From: an uncultured Christensenellaceae bacterium
GTDB lineage: Bacteria; Bacillota; Clostridia; Christensenellales; UMGS416
DNA: 64,000 nt
Reading direction: 5' to 3'
Assembly (NCBI GenBank): GCA_944376795.1
Contig: CALWDW010000039.1
Coordinates: 71,917-135,916 of the forward strand
Shown here one piece after another: positions 27,296 through 35,192 of the stretch. The translations under genes and the position numbers were made by a program. The notes below the pieces were generated by a model that saw only the letters and a list, made by a program, of their open reading frames with translations, did no database searches and was not told the DNA's origin. Each line of letters begins with the position of its first letter. Within the stretch, counting starts at the first letter, position 1.

Positions 27296-28273
27296 ATGAG
27301 GCAATACATCATTCGCCGCATACTGATCAGCCTGATCGTCCTTCTGGGTGTCTCCATCATGTTGTATACCCTGATACGTCTGATGCCATCGGACTACGTG
27401 GACATGTCCACCTCCTCCTCGATCAATATGACCGATGAGATGCGTGAAAATATCCGCGCCCTGTATGGCCTGGATAAGGGGATCGTGGAAGGATATATCG
27501 ATTGGTTGGGCGGCATATTCCGAGGGGATCTGGGAATGTCGCTGATGTTCCGTCGCCCCGTGGTCGAGGTGATCGGACAATATGCTCCCGTGACCTTTAC
27601 TGTGGCCTTCATTGCCCTGGTTTTCCAGGTTTTGATTGCCATTCCGTTGGGGATCCTGGCTGCCAAGAAGCAGTACAGCATGACCGACTATACCATCGTG
27701 ACGTTGGTTTTCATCGGCATATCGCTGCCCATCTTTTTCTTCGCTGCCATTTTGAAGAGAATCTTTGGCTTCTATGGACTGAACCTTTTGCCCATTTCGG
27801 GGATGCTGACGGCTCGTGTCAATTATGACGGCTTTACCTTTGCCAAGTTCTTGGACTATGCCAAGCATTTGATTCTGCCCATTACCTGCTTTGTGATCAC
27901 GGGATGCGGTGGGCTTTTGCGGTATACCCGTACCAACATGCTGGAAGTGCTCAATGCCGACTATATCCGGACGGCCCGGGCCAAGGGTGTACCCGAACGG
28001 ACAGTTATCTACTCCCATGCCTTTCGCAATACCTTGATCCCGATCATAACCATAGTGGGTTCGACCCTGCCAAGCCTGTTTTCGGGCGCCGCCATTACGG
28101 AAGGGTTGTTCGCCTTGGAAGGCCTGGGCAATATCGCCCTGCGGGCCTCCTATATGGCTGACGTTCCGTACTTGATGGGCTTTAATATGTTCATCGCCGT
28201 GCTGACGGTGGCTGGTTTCCTAATTTCCGATATTTTGTATGCAGCGGCGGATCCCCGCGTACGACTGAGCTAG
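27296..28273 (+). CDS. ABC transporter permease (OppB/DppB-like)
   Basis: 'MRQYIIRRILISLIVLLGVSIMLYTLIRLMP' is the typical N-terminus. EAA-loop region 'DYIRTARAKGVPERTVIYSHAFRN'. Confidence 0.9.
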   Translation: MRQYIIRRILISLIVLLGVSIMLYTLIRLMPSDYVDMSTSSSINMTDEMRENIRALYGLDKGIVEGYIDWLGGIFRGDLGMSLMFRRPVVEVIGQYAPVTFTVAFIALVFQVLIAIPLGILAAKKQYSMTDYTIVTLVFIGISLPIFFFAAILKRIFGFYGLNLLPISGMLTARVNYDGFTFAKFLDYAKHLILPITCFVITGCGGLLRYTRTNMLEVLNADYIRTARAKGVPERTVIYSHAFRNTLIPIITIVGSTLPSLFSGAAITEGLFALEGLGNIALRASYMADVPYLMGFNMFIAVLTVAGFLISDILYAAADPRVRLS

Positions 28274-28287
28274 AAAGGAGGATGCGT

Positions 28288-29289
28288 ATGGAGGAGAAAA
28301 ACACTGTCAATACCCAGCACCAGGCAGCCATCGATGAGCTGGAGAAAAACCAAGTGATCCTCACCCCGGGCCAGCTGGTCATGCGGCGGTTCTTCCGCAA
28401 TAAGCTGGCTGTAATCGGCGTATGCATCCTGGTTTTCATGATACTCTTTTGTTTCATCGGGCCACTGTTCTACCCCTATTCGGAGACCGAGCTCTTCTAC
28501 ATCAACGAGGAGACCGGCGAGCAGATCCGTATGTATGAAACCGAGAAGCTCAAGACGGCCATCCTGTATACCCGCGCTCCCATGTCGGCCGAGCACTGGC
28601 TGGGGACCGACGATATGGGCTATGATGTCTTGGCGCGGCTGATGTACGGCGGGCAGATTTCCCTTATGGTGGGCTTTGTGGTGGTGATTGTGGAGATGCT
28701 CATTGGCGTCACCCTGGGCGGCGTCGCCGGCTACTATGGCGGGAAAATTGATATGATCATCATGCGGCTGGTGGAGATTTTTGTATCCATCCCCTTTATC
28801 CCGCTGATGCTCATCATTTCCTCGCTGCTCATCTCCATGAAGATTTCGCCCTCGGTGAAGATCTACTATACCATGTTCATCATGGGGGTGATCTATTGGG
28901 CGGGCGTGGCCCGGATGATCCGCGGCAACATCCTCTCCCTGCGGGAGATGGAATACATGCAGGCCGCCGAGGCCGCCGGCATCCGCACCTCCCGGAAGAT
29001 CTTCCGCCACCTGGTGCCCAACGTGATGCCTCTCATCATCGTGATGGCCACCATGGACCTGGGCGGCGTAATCCTGATGGAGTCCACCATGAGCTACCTG
29101 GGCATTGGCGTCTCGGCGCCCTTTGCCTCCTGGGGCAATATGGTGAGTGCCGTGACCAACGACGCCATCATGCGCAACTTCCTCAATATCTGGGTGCCCC
29201 CGGGCCTGTGCATCCTTTTAACCGTGCTGGCGTTTAACTTTGTCGGCGACGGCCTGCGGGATGCCTTCGACCCCCGCATGAAAAGGTAG
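28288..29289 (+). CDS. ABC transporter permease (OppC/DppC-like)
   Basis: 'HWLGTDDMGYDVLARLMYGGQISL' and 'EYMQAAEAAGIRTSRKIFRHLVPN'. AAAGGAGG lies 6 nt before ATG 28288. Confidence 0.9.
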   Translation: MEEKNTVNTQHQAAIDELEKNQVILTPGQLVMRRFFRNKLAVIGVCILVFMILFCFIGPLFYPYSETELFYINEETGEQIRMYETEKLKTAILYTRAPMSAEHWLGTDDMGYDVLARLMYGGQISLMVGFVVVIVEMLIGVTLGGVAGYYGGKIDMIIMRLVEIFVSIPFIPLMLIISSLLISMKISPSVKIYYTMFIMGVIYWAGVARMIRGNILSLREMEYMQAAEAAGIRTSRKIFRHLVPNVMPLIIVMATMDLGGVILMESTMSYLGIGVSAPFASWGNMVSAVTNDAIMRNFLNIWVPPGLCILLTVLAFNFVGDGLRDAFDPRMKR

Positions 29290-29298
29290 GTGACGGGA

Positions 29299-30447
29299 AT
29301 GCAAGAAAAAGAACTGACCACCAAGCAGCGCCTGCGCAGCATCAAGAAATTTAATGCCCGCAAGTATCGGGAGCTGAAACGGCTGCGCCGCCGCAGGAGC
29401 GTTCCCGTGTCGGAATATACCACCCAGATGGCCGATCCCAATAACCTTTTGGAAATTGACGATCTTCACACCTATTTCTATACCGATATTGGTACGGTAA
29501 AGGCTATCGATGGGGTTACCTTCCAGATTCCCCGGGGCAAGACTGTGGGCGTAGTGGGGGAGTCGGGCTGCGGCAAATCGGTGACCAGCCTGTCCATTAT
29601 GCGCATCCTGCAGGAACCCCAGGGGCAGATTGCTTCCGGCGCGATCCGCTACAACCAGCTGGCGCAGAACCGGGCCATCGACCTGGTGAAGACCCCGCTC
29701 AAGGAGATGCAGAAGATTCGCGGCGGAGAGATCTCCATGATCTTCCAGGAGCCCATGACCACCCTGAATCCGGTCTTTACCATCGGGAAGCAGCTGGACG
29801 AAGCCATTGCCCTGCACAGCAAGAAAATGCCTAAGAAGGAAGTGGCGGCCCGGAGCGTGGAGATGCTCAAGCTGGTGGGTATTGCCAACAGTGAAGGCGT
29901 TTACAAGATGTATCCCCATGAGCTGTCCGGCGGCATGCGGCAGCGCGTGGTCATCGCCATGGCGCTGGCCTGTAACCCCAACCTGATTATCGCCGATGAG
30001 CCGACCACCGCCTTGGACGTGACGGTGCAGGCGCAGATTCTGGATCTGCTGCGCAGCCTCAAGGAGAAGATCAATGCCTCCATTATGCTGATTACCCACG
30101 ATCTGGGCGTCGTGGCGGAGATGGCCGACCTGGTGGTGGTGATGTATGCCGGACGGATTGTGGAGCAGGGGACGGTGCAGGATATTTTCCACCGTCCCAT
30201 GCATCCGTACACCATCGGGCTGATGAAGTCCCGGCCCAATTTCGTCGAGTCCGGAGACCGGCTCTATTCTATCCCCGGCAACGTGCCTAGCCCCATTGAC
30301 CTGCCCAATTACTGCTTCTTCCGGAACCGCTGCAGCCAGTGTATCGCGGCCTGTGACGGCGCCTATCCGCCGCTGATGGCAGTGAGCGATACCCATAAGG
30401 TCGCCTGCTACCTCTGTGAAAACGCCCAAGGAAAGGATGGTGAGTAA
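29299..30447 (+). CDS. ABC transporter ATP-binding protein (OppD/DppD-like) with a ~45-aa basic N-terminal extension
   Basis: Walker A 'GESGCGKS', signature 'LSGGMRQR', Walker B 'LIIADEPTTALD'. C-terminal oligopeptide-type extension with Cys motif 'CFFRNRCSQCIAAC'. Confidence 0.9.
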   Translation: MQEKELTTKQRLRSIKKFNARKYRELKRLRRRRSVPVSEYTTQMADPNNLLEIDDLHTYFYTDIGTVKAIDGVTFQIPRGKTVGVVGESGCGKSVTSLSIMRILQEPQGQIASGAIRYNQLAQNRAIDLVKTPLKEMQKIRGGEISMIFQEPMTTLNPVFTIGKQLDEAIALHSKKMPKKEVAARSVEMLKLVGIANSEGVYKMYPHELSGGMRQRVVIAMALACNPNLIIADEPTTALDVTVQAQILDLLRSLKEKINASIMLITHDLGVVAEMADLVVVMYAGRIVEQGTVQDIFHRPMHPYTIGLMKSRPNFVESGDRLYSIPGNVPSPIDLPNYCFFRNRCSQCIAACDGAYPPLMAVSDTHKVACYLCENAQGKDGE

Positions 30448-30449
30448 CC

Positions 30450-31475
30450 GTGGCCGAGATGAAGGCAAACGATACCGTACTGGACGTCATCGACCTGAGG
30501 GCAAAGGATACCGTACTGGACGTCATCGACCTGAAGAAGTACTATCCTATCAAGAGCGGCGTGGTGCAGCGCGTGGTGGGCCATGTGAAGGCGGTGGATG
30601 GCGTCAGCTTCTCCATTAAGCGAGGCCAAACCTTTGGTCTGGTGGGCGAGTCCGGCTGCGGCAAGACCACCATCGGCCGCACCATCCTGCGGCTGACCGA
30701 GCCGACAGGCGGCAAGGCGATCATCAAGGGCCGCGACGTCTTTGCTCTGAGCAAGCGGGAGCTGCGGAAGATGCGTCCGGAGATGCAGATCATCTTCCAG
30801 GATCCCTATTCGTCGCTGGATCCCCGGATGCCGGTGGGGGAGATCATCGGTGAGGCGGTGAAGGAGCACAATATTGTGCCCCGTGCCGAGTACCGGGACT
30901 ATATCCTGAAGGTCATGCACGACTGCGAGCTTCGGCCCTATTATATCGACCGGTATCCCCATGAGTTTTCCGGCGGCCAGCGGCAGTGCATCTGCATTGC
31001 CCGAGCCCTGGCCCTTAATCCTGACATCATCGTGGCGGATGAGCCGGTTTCGGCCCTGGATGTTTCCATCCAGGCCCAGATCATCAACATGATGCGGGAT
31101 CTCCAGGAGAAGCGGCAGATTACCTATCTGTTCATCTCCCACGACCTGTCGGTGGTGGAGTATATCTCTGACGTCGTGGGCGTTATGTACCTGGGCAATC
31201 TGGTGGAGAAGGCGCCGAAAACGGAGCTCTTCAAGAATCCCCAGCATCCCTACACCCGGGCGCTGCTCAGCGCGGTGCCTGTGCCCAATCCTGATGTGAA
31301 GATGAACCGGGTGATCCTGCAGGGAGATATCCCTTCTCCGGCCAATCCGCCCAAGGGATGCAAGTTCCATACCCGCTGCCCGCATTGCATGGATATCTGC
31401 AGGGAGCAGGCTCCGGAGTACAAGGATTATGGGGGCGAGCACTTTGTAGCCTGCCACCTGATGGACCAAAAGTAA
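30450..31475 (+). CDS. ABC transporter ATP-binding protein (OppF/DppF-like)
   Basis: Walker A 'GESGCGKT', signature 'FSGGQRQC', Walker B 'IIVADEPVSALD'. The GTG start lies 3 nt after the previous stop. Confidence 0.9.
   Translation: MAEMKANDTVLDVIDLRAKDTVLDVIDLKKYYPIKSGVVQRVVGHVKAVDGVSFSIKRGQTFGLVGESGCGKTTIGRTILRLTEPTGGKAIIKGRDVFALSKRELRKMRPEMQIIFQDPYSSLDPRMPVGEIIGEAVKEHNIVPRAEYRDYILKVMHDCELRPYYIDRYPHEFSGGQRQCICIARALALNPDIIVADEPVSALDVSIQAQIINMMRDLQEKRQITYLFISHDLSVVEYISDVVGVMYLGNLVEKAPKTELFKNPQHPYTRALLSAVPVPNPDVKMNRVILQGDIPSPANPPKGCKFHTRCPHCMDICREQAPEYKDYGGEHFVACHLMDQK
30462..30533 (+). repeat. Tandem 36-bp in-frame duplication (2 copies, 34/36 identical) at the 5' end of the OppF-like gene
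   Basis: 'aaggcaaacgataccgtactggacgtcatcgacctg' and 'agggcaaaggataccgtactggacgtcatcgacctg' encode 'KANDTVLDVIDL' and 'RAKDTVLDVIDL'. Confidence 0.9.
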
Positions 31476-31510
31476 ATCGCCCGGCGCGGAGTGTTCCTGC
31501 GGCTGTATGG

Positions 31511-31546
31511 AAAGTCCCGGAAACCTTACAGGGTTTTCGGGACTTT
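31511..31546 (+). terminator. Hairpin after the ABC operon
   Basis: 'aaagtcccggaaacc ttacag ggttttcgggacttt': 15-bp stem with one mismatch and a weak U-tract. Confidence 0.55.
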
Positions 31547-31712
31547 GCTGTTCCGGCGGATCTATGCTGTGCTTAGAGGTGGGGAAGGGCGCTTGCACCC
31601 CTCACCCAGGCGTGAAGGACACCGTCCCTCCAGAGCCGCGTCAGCGGCGGGCATTTCTGAGGAAGTTGGGAATTTATCCAGGCAAACCTTGCTTTTTTTG
31701 CCAAAATGGGGC

Positions 31713-31742
31713 TTGCATCGCGAAATGGCAACCATGTATAAT
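31713..31742 (+). promoter_or_regulatory. Sigma-70-type promoter for the GH35-like gene
   Basis: TTGCAT, 18 nt, TATAAT. Located about 50 nt upstream of ATG 31796. Confidence 0.6.
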
Positions 31743-31795
31743 AAGTCCATACGCAAAACGGAATAGATCCCATCAAAGTATAGGAGGAGTTTTGT

Positions 31796-33451
31796 ATGAA
31801 AAAGCATGCCCGTATTATGGTTCATGGGAAGCCTTTCTTCACCCTGGGAGGGCAGACTCGCAATTCCAGCAGCTATGTACTTCCCGAGATGCGCCGGGCC
31901 TGGGCCAGTGTGAAGGCACTGGGCGGCAATACCGTGGCAACGCCGGTTCCTTGGGACGCTTTTGAGCCCGAAGAGGGACAGTTCAATGCGGCGTTTGTAA
32001 CCGACCTCATCGATGCGGCCCGCGCCGAGGGTCTGAAGCTGGTTTTCTTGTGGTTTGCCACGTGGAAAAACGGCACCATGGAGTACTGCCCCATCTGGGT
32101 AAAGAAGGACACCAAGCGCTTCCAGCGGGTGCTGCATAAGGACGGTACGGTGATCCATCAGCTTTCGGCCCACAGCCGGGTGAACCTGGAAGCCGATAAG
32201 CGGGCCTTCTGCAAGCTCATGCAGGTCATTCGCGACTATGACCAGGAGGAGCAGACCGTGATTGCCGTGCAGGTGGAGAATGAGGCAGGGATCCTGGGCG
32301 GAACGCGCCGGGATTTCAGCCCCCTGGGAGAGGCAGCCTTCGCGGGTTCGGTGCCCGGCTATCTGGTGGACTATTGCAAGGCCCATCCTGAAACCCTTCT
32401 GGCCCGGCGCTGGCAAAAGGCGGGCGCGGCTGAGAGCGGAAACTGGGTGCAGGTCTTTGGCCGGTATGGCGCAGAGGCGCTGACCGCCCATGCCATCGCA
32501 AGCTATATCGACGAGATTGCCGCGGCGGGCAAGGAGATCTATGACATCTTCCTCTATGCCAATGTGTGGCTGGATGGCGGCTCTCGAGGAAACAACTTGA
32601 ATCTTGCCGGTATTGACTGGCCCGCAGGCTGCGCCACCATCCGCAATGTGGATATTTACTACGCCACCTGCAAGGCCCTGGATACCATTGCTCCGGACAA
32701 TTACCAGATGGAGCTGACCCGGTACAATGAGGTGACCCGCGCCTATGCCCATCCGGAGAATGGGTTCCCGCTCTATGTTCCGGAGTCCCATGCGGGCAAT
32801 CTCAACGCCACGCTGATGTTTGACGCCATTGCCAACTACGGCGCGATTGGTTACCACATCTTTGGCACCGAGAGCTGTGTGGCGCCCGATCTGGAGACGC
32901 TGAATCCGCATGCCGAGCTCATGATGCACTCCATGCGGATGCTCACAGCCGCCATGCCCCTGCTGGAGAAGTACCAGGATACCCCGCGGATCCATGCCAT
33001 GGTGCAGTATACCGGCGAAATGGGCCAGGTCATCGAGGATGTGGACGGCAACTGGAAACTGGCCGTCAGCTTTGGACGTTCGGGGGATGGATGGCCTGCC
33101 ACCGACTTCCGCCATGACAAGGCTTCCCGCGAGGAGGGGCAGGGGATCATGGATCCCACGGTGGAGAAGGCCCGCGGCCTGATCTTCCAGGTGGCGGACA
33201 ATGAGTTCTATCTGGTAGGGCATAAGTGCCGCGTGAACTTCGCCCAGCAGGAGCCCCTGGACGGGAGTATTCCCCTGACTATGGCGCATCCCGGCATGCT
33301 GCCCACCAACGCCAATTACCTGTCGGTGACGGAGGGCCATTTTGACGAGCAGGGCGCGTACGTGGTGGATATTGTCCGCTCGGGAGACGAGGTGCGCCAC
33401 GGCATTTGGTGCCAGTATGACGTGGGCGTGATCCGGGTGCTGCTGGATTAG
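31796..33451 (+). CDS. Clan GH-A beta-galactosidase-like glycoside hydrolase (GH35/GH42-like N-domain plus a DUF5597-like C-domain; family unverified)
   Basis: 'GGNTVATPVPWDAFEPEEGQFN...GLKLVFLWFATWKNG...AVQVENEAG' (NE acid/base motif). 551 aa. Own promoter at 31713..31742. Confidence 0.75.
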   Translation: MKKHARIMVHGKPFFTLGGQTRNSSSYVLPEMRRAWASVKALGGNTVATPVPWDAFEPEEGQFNAAFVTDLIDAARAEGLKLVFLWFATWKNGTMEYCPIWVKKDTKRFQRVLHKDGTVIHQLSAHSRVNLEADKRAFCKLMQVIRDYDQEEQTVIAVQVENEAGILGGTRRDFSPLGEAAFAGSVPGYLVDYCKAHPETLLARRWQKAGAAESGNWVQVFGRYGAEALTAHAIASYIDEIAAAGKEIYDIFLYANVWLDGGSRGNNLNLAGIDWPAGCATIRNVDIYYATCKALDTIAPDNYQMELTRYNEVTRAYAHPENGFPLYVPESHAGNLNATLMFDAIANYGAIGYHIFGTESCVAPDLETLNPHAELMMHSMRMLTAAMPLLEKYQDTPRIHAMVQYTGEMGQVIEDVDGNWKLAVSFGRSGDGWPATDFRHDKASREEGQGIMDPTVEKARGLIFQVADNEFYLVGHKCRVNFAQQEPLDGSIPLTMAHPGMLPTNANYLSVTEGHFDEQGAYVVDIVRSGDEVRHGIWCQYDVGVIRVLLD

Positions 33452-33583
33452 GGTTTTTTGCCGGGAGCGAGGCTCCCCCCGGCCCCGTATGCTTCGAAAT
33501 CTTTTGGGAAGGTTGACGGGGCTGCGCCTTTGCACCGTCTGCTTACAAGGTGTGGGGGCAGAGGAGCTTGCCCGGAACTTTTC

Positions 33584-33633
33584 AAAAAATCGAGGCCGGT
33601 CCGAAGGGAGCGGCCTCGATTTCCTATTGTTTT
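33584..33633. terminator. Bidirectional terminator between the GH35-like gene (+) and the MATE gene (-)
   Basis: 10-bp stem 'atcgaggccg ... cggcctcgat', flanked by 'aaaaaa' on the left and 'ttcctattgtttt' on the right. Confidence 0.8.
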
Positions 33634-33666
33634 GGAAAACAGGGATACTGGCGCTTCATGCCCGGC

Positions 33667-35040
33667 TCAGCCCAGCAGCTGCTTTTCCCGCCACTTGCCG
33701 CGCTGGAAGCGCACGATGAAGAAGATTGAGCGGAAGACCCAGTCCAGCACCATGGCGATCCAGACTCCTTTGACGCCGAGCTGCAGCCCACGGGCCAGAA
33801 TATAGCTGGCAACGATGCGGCACAGCCACATGGAGACGATGGAAACAATCATGGTGTAGCGTACATCGTTGGCGGCGCGCAGGGCGTTGGGGAGGACGAA
33901 GGACGAAGGCCAGATGATGAAGGCACAGATCCCGTAGAAAATCATCAGCCACAGGGCGGTGGCGGCGGTTTCGGGGGTCAGATTGTAGAGGCGGACAAAG
34001 AGCGGCGTACAGGCCAGGAGCGCTACGTCCAGGATCCCCATGAAAAGATAGGTGTACTTCATTAACTGGAATGTATAGTGCTTGGCTTGGTCGTAGTCCT
34101 TGGCGCCTACGCAGCGGCCCACCACGGTGATCATGGCCAGGCCAATGGCCGAGCCCGGCAGCACCATCATGGAGGCAATATTGCTGGCCACGGCGTTGGC
34201 GGCGATGGCCGTGGTGCCAAAGGAGGAGATCAAGCTCTGCACCAGCACCTTGCCTACCTGGAATACGCTGTTTTCCAGTCCGTTGGGGATGCCAATGCGC
34301 AGGATGCTCTTCATCATCTGTGGGCGGAATTCCAGGTGGAAGAGACGCTGGATGTAGATGGACTGGGTGTGGTTCCGGGTCAAGAGGACCATCATGATTA
34401 CCGCCCCCAGAGCCCGGGAGAGGAGGGTGGCCAGTCCAGCGCCGGCGACTCCCATTTGGAAGACGAATATGGTCAGGGCATTGCCGCCGATATTGACTAG
34501 GTTCATCAGGACGGAGGTGTACATGGAGATCTTGGAATTGCCCATGGAGCGATAGAGGGCAGCCCCGGCGTTATAGATGGCTAGGAAGGGATAGGAGATA
34601 GCCGAAAGTACCATGTAAATCTGCGCATTGTGAAATACGTCCGCCTCAATATCACCAAAGACGATACGGATAATGGGATCCCGTCCCAAGAGCGCCGTAA
34701 CCATGAGAATCAGCGCGAGAACTGTAGTTCCCAGCAGGAGCTGCTTGGCTGCGTCGCAGGCATGGTTTCGCTCCTGCCTGCCCAGGTATTGGGAGCAGAC
34801 CACCGCGCCGCCGGTAGCCATGGCGGAAAAAATATTGATGAGGAGTTGGTTGACGGAGTCTACCAGGGAGATCCCGGATACCGCCGCCTCGCCCACCGAG
34901 GCCACCATCACCGTGTCGGCCATGCCGATGGTGACCGCAAGGATCTGCTCAATGATCAGCGGGATGATCAGTCGCCTTAGGTCCTGTTTCGAGAATAACA
35001 CCCTCCATGCCTCCCATCCTTGGAATATCTTGCCTTTCAT
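33667..35040 (-). CDS. MATE-family efflux transporter
   Basis: 457 aa, 12 predicted TM segments. N-terminus 'LRRLIIPLIIEQILAVTIGMADTVMV' is typical of NorM/DinF-like MATE proteins. Confidence 0.9.
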   Translation of the reverse strand: MKGKIFQGWEAWRVLFSKQDLRRLIIPLIIEQILAVTIGMADTVMVASVGEAAVSGISLVDSVNQLLINIFSAMATGGAVVCSQYLGRQERNHACDAAKQLLLGTTVLALILMVTALLGRDPIIRIVFGDIEADVFHNAQIYMVLSAISYPFLAIYNAGAALYRSMGNSKISMYTSVLMNLVNIGGNALTIFVFQMGVAGAGLATLLSRALGAVIMMVLLTRNHTQSIYIQRLFHLEFRPQMMKSILRIGIPNGLENSVFQVGKVLVQSLISSFGTTAIAANAVASNIASMMVLPGSAIGLAMITVVGRCVGAKDYDQAKHYTFQLMKYTYLFMGILDVALLACTPLFVRLYNLTPETAATALWLMIFYGICAFIIWPSSFVLPNALRAANDVRYTMIVSIVSMWLCRIVASYILARGLQLGVKGVWIAMVLDWVFRSIFFIVRFQRGKWREKQLLG

Positions 35041-35192
35041 TTTGCACCTTTTTTACAGAAATGGCAAGCGGTGCGGCCGGAAAGAAACATAAGACCGGTA
35101 TATGAACAATTTCGTACATGGCGAGCCGGTGACCGATTGGCTATAATGATCCATAGAGTGGGAACGAATCCCGAAAGGAGACCTCAATCGAT

